In this document: in pieces, positions 47,901 to 58,185 of the stretch
Numbering within the stretch: the stretch's first letter is position 1
How the letters are laid out: the number at the start of each line of letters is the position of its first letter
Source: Owenia fusiformis
Lineage: Eukaryota
NCBI GenBank assembly: GCA_903813345.2
Contig: CAIIXF020000001.1
Span: 3,782,001-3,846,000 of the forward strand
Length of the DNA stretch: 64,000 nt
Direction of reading: 5' to 3'
Translations under genes and position numbers: made by a program
The notes under the pieces: generated by a model
Seen by the model: only the letters and a program-made list of their open reading frames with translations
Told to the model about the DNA's origin: nothing
Database searches by the model: none

Positions 47901-50900
47901 TCATTGCTCAAATCTTTAAATAATGATGTTTACGTATATTTCTGATTGGTCAAAATAAATATTTTAAAACCTTTATACTTTTATGCTAGTTGCCTCATAT
48001 GTGATCAAAATACTCTTTATAATTAAATAAGAATGATTTTGATTCATTTTATATTGACTTTATTTAGAATTGGAACCTATAGTATGTTTAAAAAGAAATT
48101 AATTCAATTTAGCCTGTTTTGTATAATGCTGTTATATTAAGTTTGATTAAGAAACCCAATTAAGAAATCTTGTATCCTCTGATAAGCATTTAATTAGGGT
48201 GTTGAAGTAAACAGAATATATAGCTAGTATTACATTGATTCCAATATACAGTATGGTGAAATGTATAGTGCATTTGTGTTTTAACAAATATTCTTTCTAG
48301 TCTGGCAGAAATATAGGGTTATTTTGACATTCAATCGTTTTCTTCGGATTACAATGTTTTTATTTTAACTTATCAACATGAATATAGGATTGGGACCTCA
48401 AAACCACCGGATGCCGGTGCGGCACCCTTGGGCAACTCTCTACAGAGCAATTCTTATACCCCCCTGATAAAATATACAGGGGGTACTATAAGACACCCTC
48501 ATATCTCAGATACTGATAAATATATTAACTTGAGATTTTCAGGAATTAGTTTTAGTATGATGCTTGACATGTATGACAAAAATCAAGAAAAAATCTAAAT
48601 CCGTTGCTATAGCAACAGCAACAGAACACTATTTGTTACCATAGAGATGCATTATTTTGCTGGTTTTCAACATTTCTTCATATAGTTGATTCTTAAACTA
48701 GTATATAGTATTACACTTGTATATAGGACACTGCATATTTTATTTTTAGTATATACATGTATATCAAATGAAATCTAATGAATTCATACAGTAGTTAGGT
48801 TGGCATATAGTCTAGACTTTGGCATTTAGAACATGCATCATAATAAAATCTAATGTAATTATACAATAGAGAGGTTGGCATAGTCTAGATTTTGGCATAA
48901 TGTCTAACTTTTATAAGCATTTGCTTTCCTCATCTGAGCAATCAGACTACTGGGGGACCCTGTATAGCTTCTGGGGGCCACTGGGGACCATCATATAGAT
49001 TTTAAAGGCACTGTGAATATTTGATTTAACATTGAATTCAATTGGATATTTCTCTAACAGTGAAATTTAATGGCCATGAAACATTTCAGATTGACAACAT
49101 CGTGAATTTTTGTCAGTGAAAATTTGGGCTTACTTATGGGGGCCACTGGGGGCCCTCGTATGGTTTCTGGGGGCCACTGGGGGCCCCTGTATAGCTTCTT
49201 AGGCCACCATATAGCTTTTTTGGGCCACTAGGGGCCCCTGTATAGCTTCTGGGGGCTCCTGTTTAGCTTCTTGGAGACGCTGGGGGCCACCATATAGTTT
49301 TTGGGAGCCACCGTATAGCTTCTGGGGGCCCATGTATAGTTTCTTGGGGCCATTGGGGGCCAACGTACAGCTTCTGGGGGCAACCATATAGTTTCTGGGG
49401 GCTACTGGATGCCATCCTATAGCTTCTGGCAGCTGCTGGGGGCCACCGTATAGCTTCTGGGTACCATCATATAGCTTCTGTGGCCTACCATATAGCTTCT
49501 TGGGGCCACTAGGGGCCCCTGTATAGCTTTTAGGGGCCACTGTAAAGCTTCTTGGAGCCACTGGGACCACCACATAGCTTCTGGGGGCTACTAGGGGCCC
49601 CTGGATATGCTTCTGGGGGCCACCATATAGCTTTCCGGGGCCACCGTATAGCTTTAAGGGGGCACTAGGGGCCACTGATTAGATTCTGGGGGCTACTGGG
49701 GACCCCTGTATAGCTTCTGGGAGTCACCATATAGCTTCTAGGGGCCAGTTGGAGCCCCTGTATAGCTTCCGGGGGCTACCATATAGCTTCTGGGGGTTAC
49801 TATGGGTCCCTGTATAGCTTCTGGGGGCTCCTGTTTAGCTTCTTGGGGACACTGGGGGGCCACCATATAGTTTTTGGGAGCCACCATATAGCTTCTGGGA
49901 GCCCTTGTATAGTTGCTTTGGGCCATTGGGGGCTACTGTATAGCTTCTGGGGGCTACCATATAGCTTCTGGGGGCCACTGGATGTCATCCTATAGCTTCT
50001 GGGGCCTACCATATAGCTTCTTGGGGCCACTAGGGGCCCCTGTATAGCTTTTGGGGGCCACTGTAAAGCTACTTGGAGCCACTGGGGACCACCATATAGC
50101 TTCTGGGAGCTACTAGGGGCCGCTGGATATGCTTCTGGGGGCCACCATATAGTTCTCCGGGGCCACCGTATAGCTTTAAGGGGGCACTAGGGGCCACTGT
50201 ATAGATTCTGGGGGCTACTGGAGGCCCCTGTATAGCTTCTGGAAGTCACCATATAGCTTCTAGGGGCCATTTGGAGCCCCTGTATAGCTTCTGGAAGTCA
50301 CTATATAGCTTCTAGGGGCCATTTGGAGCCCCTGTATAGCTTCTGTGGGCTACCATATAGCTTCTGGGGGCTACTAGGGGTCCCTGTATAGCTTCTGGAG
50401 GCCACCTTATAGCATCTTAGGGCCACTGGGGGCCCTGTATAGCTTCTGGGGCCACTGGGGTCCATGGTATAGCTTCCGGGGGCCACTGGGGGCATTTTTT
50501 ATTTGAACCTTAAAAATTAATCTATTTTTGCCAGATTTGGTGGCTGTCGAGGTGGGGTAAAATTAAATTATAATTTTTTTTTCAAATTCATGTGACTATT
50601 TATCTCTAAAGCAGCACTTTTTTACCTAGGGAGCATAACCTTTTCAAGAAGAGTTATTTTGGACCACCTTTTTAAAGAAAGTGAAATGTAAAAACCTGAT
50701 TATTAAGTGCTGTTACCATAGCAACTGAAATGTTAGATATATTACATAAACCATATGATGAATTATTTCATCTTTACTTCTAATCATGTATTTAACAGAT
50801 ATGTATATACTTCAGATGCTTTAAGAATCAAGAATATGAAGAAAATTATGAAACTCAGCAAAATAATGCATTTCTACGGTAACAAATTGTGTCTATTTCT

Positions 50901-53900
50901 GTTGCTATAGCAACGGATTAAGATTTTTTCTTGATTTTTGTCACATGTGTCAAGCATCATACTAAAACTAATTCCTGAAAATTTCAAGTTAATATATTTA
51001 TTAGTGTCTGAGATATGAGGGTGTCTTATAGTACCCCCTGTATATTTTATCAGGGGGGTATAAGAAATGCTCTGTAGAGAGTTGCCCAAGGGTGCCGCTC
51101 CGGCATCCAATAGTTTTGAGGTCCCAACCCTATGTTCATGCTGATAAGTTAAAAAAAAACATTGTAATCCGAAGAAAACGATTAGCTTTGAAGTTTCTGC
51201 CAGACTATTCCAAATTCATTTTCTAAACATATGCGTAAAATTACTTTCTGTTTGTCGAAAATACATGATTATTTCACAACACCTTTTTATTTCATATTTC
51301 AAAACTTCAAGGCGCATTTAATGGAGATACAATGATTAAATAATTTGGTGATCTTGGTAATAATTGAATGGGTGGGGAATTTGAAATATATTTTGATTTA
51401 ATAAATCAAAGAATTACAAATGCAAATTGCAAAGGGGACATGCCATTAAGAGGCCATTCTCTGACTTAGTCATTTTTTCAAAAGTGTCAAAATAAAAAAA
51501 TTCATGAAAAGTCCTAAAAATATTCTGAATAACAAGTTGAATATATATATTTAATGATGGCACAAGCAAAAGTCTGAAAATTAACATGAAATGAAGGGTT
51601 TTGACAGATGCAAAAGATGGTAGATTTGTGATGAAGAAATAGAGGTTTTTGCAGTAACAACACAATTACCTCAAAGTTATCCGTTATGAGAGGCTGAGGA
51701 CTAAACTTGACATAATTTTCAATCTCAGATTATCAGTAGTATCTAACTTAAGCCGGACAGCCACTCAAAATGTATATGGAGCCCATAAGATTCATTTTTC
51801 TCAATTGAAGTCACTATTTCTGTTTTTAGCTTCAGAGGAAAAGAGGTACATGAACATGCTAAGTTTACCTAGATCACAAGGCTTACCACAAATATAAAGT
51901 ATATAGGAATAGAGTTGATATGTGTGAAAACCTTAAACTTCACATTTTATTGGGGATGGAACTTGTGGACCATGTGTATTTCTAACTTCTTCACATGTGC
52001 ATGGATCTAAAATTGTGGCAGCCATCTTGGATTTGTCATATTATGTGGACATGGTTTTGGTTGTGCTGAATTTGTTTCAAAATAACATTTCTTGTATACC
52101 TTCGATAAGTGAGATAGGCATTTGAAATTAAATACAGATAGTATACTTGACATTTAATGCATTAAACAGTAATACAATTCATTCTTACATAATAAGTGAG
52201 ACCAGACAAAAAGTTGTTATTGTGTTAGTTTAACTGGGCATAAATTACACTCATTGGCCTTGGTTTTCTTAATTGGCTTGGATAAAATGTTGTTCTGTTT
52301 ATTCAGAAAAGGAGTATAGTTAAATATGCAAGTTCACATTCGTTCCATCCTCTTGTAGAAATGAATCTCATATTATTTCATCTCAAATATAGAACACAAA
52401 AATATAATAAAAAACAAGTTTCTATTAATTGCAAAAGTTAGCTTCTATGTCATGACTGAGTTTGGGTTCCGCTTCTAGGGAAAAAAATATCCATCTGGAA
52501 ATATCGTATTGACCATTGCTATATACACTCCATATTTAATCCTCCCAGTAAATAACATTGATATACAGTATACAAGTATATATGACATCGAGGATCTGGT
52601 GTTTGGGTAATGTGAGACATGAGGCCACTTGTCTCTTTGAATCTCATATTCAATATTCTTTCTTTAAACCCTCATATTTATTAATATTTTTGGAGTGGTA
52701 ATTCAATTATGTCTCTATTTTTTATTCGTTATCCCATAGTTGAACTCTGTTCCGCTCTGTTAGGTAACATGAAAACATATTTATGATATTTTGCAAATGC
52801 GTGGAAAAAGTGATATCTGTGGAATACGGAAAATATTTCACAGATATTACCTTTTGGCAGGGATTTGAAAACTACCACCAATATGATGTGTTTTGTACAT
52901 AGTGATTTCATGACATCACGGGGATGAATGAATGAATGGATGTTGTTTTAATATGCTTTGTTTAGTTTTAGAGGTGAACTATGGGAAAAATAGAACATCC
53001 TATGAATTTTCGTGATATTGTGTTAATCCAACTCATTGATATCAATATCTGCGCTAATTCGCTATGCTAACTTGGCAAGATATTGATATCAACTCGGAGA
53101 TAAAGATAAAATCATTTAAAATCATATGATATCCTATACATATCCTTTACTGTGCTACAACTTTCTCATATGTTATATATTTTGGCACAGGCCATCATTT
53201 ATTTTCCTTGAATTCATGCTTTTGTTCCTCGTTTTAGAAATGAGAGGAAATCTTTGATTTTCCTTGTATTTAAGTTGCTTAAATGTTGCCCTGTAATGTT
53301 GATAAAAGTCAATAGTAATCCATTACAGTCACAGTTGAAATGTACCCATTGCTAGCCCAAAACCTACCAAAATAGCATTTGCATTTTGTCAGTATTGCCC
53401 TATGTGCTTTTCCATGAAAATAATTTTAATCGTATCTTTTCTTCAGTATTTCATATATTACATTTTAATATATTTAAATTGGTTAATATTGATATGCTAT
53501 TTACTTAGACAACAATAAATAAAGAATTTTTTGTAAAAACACCAAAAATGGTATATGATCCTTAAATGACTGTTGTGTGAACATCAAAGGTCAAAATTCG
53601 CTGAAATTGTATTTTTATAAAGCACAAATGATTTTTCTTCAATATGATATGCATTATTATCAGATATCTTTGGGGGCTAAAAAGGGCCCTTAATGACACC
53701 CCTCCTTTATCAAACATTGTATTATCATTTGATTTGAAACTTTAATGTTTTACTTTTTTAAGTAATTCATTAAAAATCATTGGCTTTCAATTTAATTAAC
53801 ATGTTTATAACTATAACTTGGTTTGAAGAATTAAAGTCAACAAAGTTTAATTCACATTGAATTTGTAATTTATTGTCAAATACTATTTATTTGTAATATA

Positions 53901-55187
53901 AATTAACCGGTTTCATGTAAAATCAAACTCTTGGTTATTAAATATTTAATCCTACTGGTATATGATTTCACAATTAGGCTGAGTGGTTTATGAGTGAATC
54001 GAAAGTGTCAGAATTTTTTCACAATTTTCAACCATTGTTTGGTCTAACAATTATATATGATTAATGTTTTATAAAAGACTTCTATATTTCTTTTCATTTT
54101 AATGCTCAAACTGAGGAAAAATATATAAAAATACATCGGTCCAAGTTGACTAGGGTCCGAGTTGACTAGGGTCTGAGTTAACTAGGGTCCGAGTTGACTA
54201 GGGTCCGAGTTAACTAGGGTTCGAGTTAACTAGGGTTCGAGTTGACTTAATAAAGCAATGTGGAATCTATGCATGGTATGTTGAATATTTAATAAATTTT
54301 TAATTCATAGCAACATTTGACTGAAAATAAATATTGATTGAGAAGCATAGTCTATAAACATTTTGATTGAGTCTATATAATTAACTTAATAAAAATATGC
54401 TCTCTTGCTCCATAGATACCAGCAATTTCATTATGTTACAATTACAAAATATATTCCATTCACTTCTCTACTTTCGCTTTTGATATCTAATGATTCTTGA
54501 ACTCAAATTGCATGCTCTTTCCCCTTTAATAGAAATTTGGGGTCAGCCCATTTGTACTAAATGAGGACTCAGTACAAATAAGGAATGTTCATACATGGTC
54601 ATATGGTGCAACATGACATTTTTTGACATTTCATATATTTATTTCATAAACCTGGCTCTTAATATAGGATATTTTCATATTATTTTGTAAAAAATGAATG
54701 TCACCTCCAAAAGTATAGTATTGGTCAATATAGTCTCTAACTTTTTCTGGACAGTGTTCATTGGTTGGTGTCTGTAACAAATGGCAGTCGGCATCTGTAA
54801 CAAATGGCAGGTGGTGACATTTTGCATGTTCATGCCTTGTTCAAGCACTTCACTTCATTCCATAGCTGCTATATAGCAGCGAAGCCCGATCTTGAAAGAT
54901 GACACTGCTCTTCATTTCATTTCATTTCGTCTGGTATATATTTATTTAAAATGAACATTTTTTCTAATTTCAGGATTCTGTCCCCACAGTTCAATCTACT
55001 GAAGACACTAGGAAATTCTTTGCCGTTTGAAGTAGCAGTCGGCATGAATGGTCGGATATGGGTGAAGGGAAGATCTATTAAAGAGACAATAGCTATTGTT
55101 AATGGACTAAATAGTGTGGAATATATGGACACTAATGAAATTAAAGTAATGTGTAGAAAATTGTTAGACACTTTGGCAGGTTTCTGA
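29960..55187 (+). CDS. EXOSC3: Exosome complex component RRP40
   Basis: Exons 29960-30148, 35956-36105, 36463-36617, 54974-55187 give 235 aa. Motifs [49 protein letters not shown]. Intron 3 is 18.4 kb. Confidence 0.96.
30339..31606. mobile_element. Non-autonomous TIR element with 9-bp TSD
   Basis: TSD ggcacaacc at 30330-30338 and 31607-31615; TIR tagttcaacatcgtta / taatgttgttggacta; contains a 159-bp palindrome at 30754-30912. Confidence 0.75.
31631..32457. mobile_element. MITE with ~120-bp near-perfect TIRs and TA TSD (Tc1/mariner-type signature)
   Basis: cttttttcaaggcctgactgcgtcgctaa..aaccatatcacctttgtt is mirrored at the right end; TA on both flanks. Confidence 0.85.
32492..32939. mobile_element. 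hAT-like MITE
   Basis: 15-bp TIR tagtgttgtcgcgat / atcgcgacaacacta; perfect 8-bp TSD gacagtgg (32484-32491, 32940-32947); subterminal atcgat repeats. Confidence 0.85.
32998..33835 (+). mobile_element. HINE/DINE-1-like element, family B
   Basis: ttatcccaccgaacgaagttcgaggggggatat hairpin start, (tccg/ttcg)n microsatellite, then several ~130-155 bp units each containing gataactcaaatac and aaaatggcggccat. Confidence 0.7.
36998..37834. mobile_element. MITE with ~250-bp near-perfect TIRs, TTAA-like flanks
   Basis: cactgctacccacctaattacacagacg..actgacga (36998-37248) mirrored at 37585-37834; right flank ttaa, left flank ttaaa. Confidence 0.85.
38124..40456. mobile_element. Kolobok-like non-autonomous element (TTAA TSD) hosting a nested Harbinger-like element
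   Basis: ttaa|agtccccgtctaaagttt ... aaactttatacggggcct|ttaa. Confidence 0.65.
38570..40065. mobile_element. PIF/Harbinger-like non-autonomous element
   Basis: ~70-bp TIR aggcccggtcacaccgcc..gctggagcgttccttgaacgttgaaaaaa; 3-bp TAA TSD; agcgtt/aacgct-rich subterminal regions. Confidence 0.85.
41027..41227. mobile_element. 201-bp MITE with 6-bp TSD immediately 3' of the nested gene's stop codon
   Basis: TIR caggcccatagccagga / tcctggctaggggcctg; TSD aatatc at 41021-41026 and 41228-41233. Confidence 0.8.
41295..42413 (-). CDS. Nested gene: PDZ domain + putative IL-1-like beta-trefoil protein (~372 aa, no signal peptide)
   Basis: Longest ORF in the window. Splice acceptor tttcag lies just before 42467 and the first ATG in the exon is at 42413. 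PDZ core [48 protein letters not shown]-terminal [36 protein letters not shown] resembles IL-1beta KMEKRFVFNK..LEFESAQFPNWYIST..VFL..TDFTM. Gene and PDZ are well supported; the IL-1 fold is a by-eye inference. Confidence 0.75.
   Translation of the reverse strand: MDSSNIHLYHPIQNCTEVEYTDGTMPSLNDTTNNQQTKTLDILAKLETNMEAQQVYSHKITEVLGGGLADEMRLKEGDKLIEFMGVSLKEMNHSHLIDTMTNINPTTLDILLCRETVNNNDHIPIPTEQYIRLKISIQITSSGDVTVHSEELDITQDFALTFDYIDGIMRVNGAIPIELKNIKTGNYLKLNGDKICLAPLTYDKNKVFFRFVCYTFSGMDEPNHCPTRIMMLCTLKEIFLQLQKSYKAHESSPVTLIRGKPPRKDVHRMEEDPRFFVVKPVEGAPSNLVHLVSFLNQDLYLSYDPSDKSRTNVCFKKLSNPSSDLDSQFQLFSLDQSKKCHIDRLVGAGNHTNIYKFGPDGHKEVSTKITTM
42687..43029. mobile_element. MITE with TA TSD
   Basis: ta|ctgtagattgggttcatttgg ... 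ccaaattaacccaatctacag|ta. Confidence 0.75.
44330..44891. mobile_element. Tc1/mariner-type MITE
   Basis: ta|cagggtgtttcataatgaccatccccccatc ... gatggggggacggtcatcatgaaacaccctg|ta. Confidence 0.82.
45060..45345 (-). mobile_element. Partial family A element, reverse orientation
   Basis: Reverse complement of the family A 5' part (aagattgaactaataatattgtgagcaactaggtggcaacat; agatttgaccttcaatgaccttctcaagg). Confidence 0.65.
46713..48071. repeat. Tandem duplication of a ~675-bp segment
   Basis: 46713-47383 and 47395-48071 are nearly identical. Each contains five 16-bp units gtcaactcggacccta. Confidence 0.9.
48298..51207. mobile_element. Academ-like non-autonomous element (TAG..CTA ends, 3-bp TSD) with ~350-bp TIRs
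   Basis: ttc|tagtctggcagaaa ... tttctgccagacta|ttc; long mirrored arms (about 48298-48665 and 50855-51207). Confidence 0.75.
48945..50493. repeat. GC-rich minisatellite (mixed ~21 and ~32 bp units) inside the Academ-like element
   Basis: Dozens of variants of gtatagcttctgggggccacc(a)/actggggg. Confidence 0.9.
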
Positions 55188-55912
55188 TTTGTGGAAATAT
55201 ATTTTTTTAAATAAATCTTTATATAATACACATGTTGTTTGCAATGTTGATCTATATTAAGATATGTAGTTTCCCAGTTTGAGGTTTCAAACATCAGAGT
55301 CAAATGACTAGATGAGTGGCATTTTCACTGCCTGACACTTTATCTTCAGAACATATTCTATTGAGCATAGAAAACAAAATTCTCGGCAAAGTATTCACAA
55401 ATAACATAGATTCCAAAACAATTTATTGAGTAAATCAAAACTTTGAATGAGCAAAGTGCAATATGTGGAAAACATGCATTCATATTTTGGATACAAACCT
55501 GTGTTTCGTGGTTTGGCTAACAAATGATATATTTTGATGCTTGTCTGACAGTTATCTGCGCATAAAACTAATTATCTAAACTATACAAATGCTACTAAAA
55601 TGTTACTAAAATATGAATGCATTTTGGTCCTTTGATCTCCCATACTTCAAAGTCCATGTCCATGCACTTGAGTGGGTGCAAAATTGTATTTCCATAATTT
55701 AGCCTAATTTTTATGATTTTTATGTGGGTGCAAATGGATTCTCAAGAGGGTACAGGCCTGTTATTAAAATCTCAAGTGGGTACATTAACCAATTGTTAAA
55801 TGCTATCTCAGCATGGTAGAGTGACCAATATGGGCTCAACACAATGTCTTTAATATACAGTCACATAAAATGATCAGCGCAATGTATTTATTCTTCACCT
55901 GAAGTGACCAAT

Positions 55913-56700
55913 ATGAGTTGAACACAATATAGTTCATCTACATAGAGTGGATATGAGCTGAATACAATGTACCTCATCTACATAGAGTGCACATGAGCTG
56001 AACACAATGTACCTCATCTACATAGAGTGCACATGAGCTGAACACAATGTACCTCATCTACACAGAGTGGATATGAGCTGAACACAATGTACCTCATCTA
56101 CATAGAGTGGATATGAGCTGAATACAATGTACCTCATGCACACAGAGTGGATATGAGCTGAACACAATGTACCTCATGTACACAGAGTGCATGAAATGAG
56201 CTGAACACAATGTACCTCATCTACACAGAGTGCATGAAATGAGCTGAACACAATGTACCTCATGTACACAGATTGCATGATATGAGCTGAACACAATGTA
56301 CCTCATCTACACAGAGTGCATGAAATGAGCTGAACACAATGTACCTCATGTACACAGAGTGCATGATATGAGCTGAACACAATGTACCTCATCTACACAG
56401 AGTGCATGAAATGAGCTGAACACAATGTACCTCATGTACACAGAGTGCATGATATGAGCTGAACACAATGTACCTCATCTACACAGAGTGCATGAAATGA
56501 GCTGAACACAATGTACCTCATGTACACAGAGTGCATGAAATGAGCTGAACACAATGTACCTCATCTACACAGAGTGCATGAAATGAGCTGAACACAATGT
56601 ACCTCATGTACACAGAGTGCATGATATGAGCTGAACACAATGTACCTCATTTACACAGAATGAGAGCTGAACACAATTTACTTGTATCTCACCTACACAT
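55913..56700. repeat. Minisatellite of 40/43-bp units between the EXOSC3 and ISCA1 3' ends
   Basis: About 19 copies of atgagctgaacacaatgtacctcat(c/g)tacacagagtg..; spacing 40 bp up to 56153, then 43 bp. Confidence 0.93.
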
Positions 56701-57410
56701 AAAGTGAGCAATGTAGGCTTAACACAATACATTTCATCTAGTACACAGAGAGTCACCAATGCGCGACGAAAATAATTTATTTCAATTCTTATTAAAACAA
56801 GACAACATTTTGGGCTAAGTTTTATATTTATTTATTCACTTATCCAAATGATTAACTGCCCTTACACTTATAAACTTTGAACATAATTGCAATTCCTATA
56901 TGTATAAACAAAACAATACAATGGATTGCATCTTAATGCCAATGCACACCAATCAACAGAATTATTCATTAATTTAACCATATGGCAAGCCATGTGCATT
57001 AATTTTGAATTTTCAAAAGTTCTCATTTTGTCATTAACCAAATCATTGTGATTGCATGCTATATATGTTTAAATCATTATATAGTACAAAACATGTTTCT
57101 ACCTATTGTTATTAAGACTTACATACGATACTGTTGGTTTTATTGCCATATTCACTTCCCTCCAAAAGCCAACCCTGACTTACAATGTTTTGTGTTTGAA
57201 ATTTACTTTTCTTCAATGACTGGATATATATGATTTCAATGATTTTTTAAGTAGCCAAGTATAAACAGGCATGCCGTCCAATAGAGGTGTTGGTGTGGCC
57301 AATTCTTTGAAAAGAAGTGTATATGCTTAGCAACAGTCATTTGGTACAATGTATTATATAAATATTTCATCAAGAAGTAAAACTTGTGCATCGTTCATCT
57401 TTCCTGAGTA

Positions 57411-57883
57411 CAGTAAAACCTGAAAAGTGGAACACCTCTCTGAGCGGAACATCTCCAGAAGTGGAACACTTTTAAGATCTGTTACCCTTTAACTAAAATA
57501 AAATAAACCTCCAAAGTGGAACACCATTTTGACGTACCACAGGTTTTTCCCTTACACAGGTTTTACTGTAATTTTAGAGAATATTTCAAAGGATTGTTAC
57601 TTGTGAAAGCGACACAGGTATTACCCAAATATAGAATGAAATATTTGTTTCATTATTTCAATTACTTATAGCCTATGTTTGATGAATACCTGCATCGCTT
57701 TCACAAAATAAATACAGTGAAACCTGTAAGGTGGAACACCTCTAGAATGGGAACATCTCTGTTAGTGGAACACTTTTCAGAGTCCCAAGACCAACTGACT
57801 TAATGTTATAAGTGGAACACCTCCCAAGTGGAACACATTTTAGAGGTACCAAAGGTATTCTTCCACTTAGACAAGTTTTACTG
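57411..57883. mobile_element. Two related Tc1/mariner(pogo)-type MITEs (57411-57568 and 57715-57883)
   Basis: ta|cagtaaaacctg..caggttttactg|ta and ta|cagtgaaacctg..caagttttactg|ta; internal gtggaacac repeats. Confidence 0.8.
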
Positions 57884-58185
57884 TATTCCCCTAGTCATAT
57901 GTCTTCCTTCGCATAACTATATCAACCCCCCCTCCCCCCACTCCTAGACATAATTTATAATTGCTTCAGGAAAATACATTGATATTGTTTGATTGAGCTC
58001 CTGTTCATTTAATAGTTTTAACTTAACCAATGTACTGTTGAAATTACATAAACCAAATGAGCAAATAATAAGAACAAAACAGTTTATGGGTATAGAAATG
58101 ATTTGTAGAATTAATCATGTTTTAACAATCCATTCTTTACGCTCCACTCTCTAGTTCCACTATTTAAGCACAAACTGCATATTTG

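Larger units (their letters stand above)
47711..54250. mobile_element. Large non-autonomous element bounded by inverted arrays of 16-bp subterminal repeats
   Basis: (gtcaactcggacccta)x5 at about 47719-47798 faces (tagggtccgagttgac)x~7 at about 54138-54247. Exact ends and TSD not resolved. Confidence 0.55.

Noticed and set aside
49199-50495. Repetitive Pro/Gly/Tyr-rich ORFs (PQKLYGG, APRSY) resembling adhesive or shell-matrix proteins
   Set aside because: They are short, frame-hopping translations of a minisatellite inside a TIR element, with no signal peptide or splice structure.
54917-55303. 128-aa minus-strand ORF
   Set aside because: Antisense shadow of EXOSC3 exon 4.
55913-56700. CRISPR-like regularly spaced repeats
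   Set aside because: No unique spacers (whole units repeat), no cas genes, and a eukaryotic spliced-gene context; it is a minisatellite.
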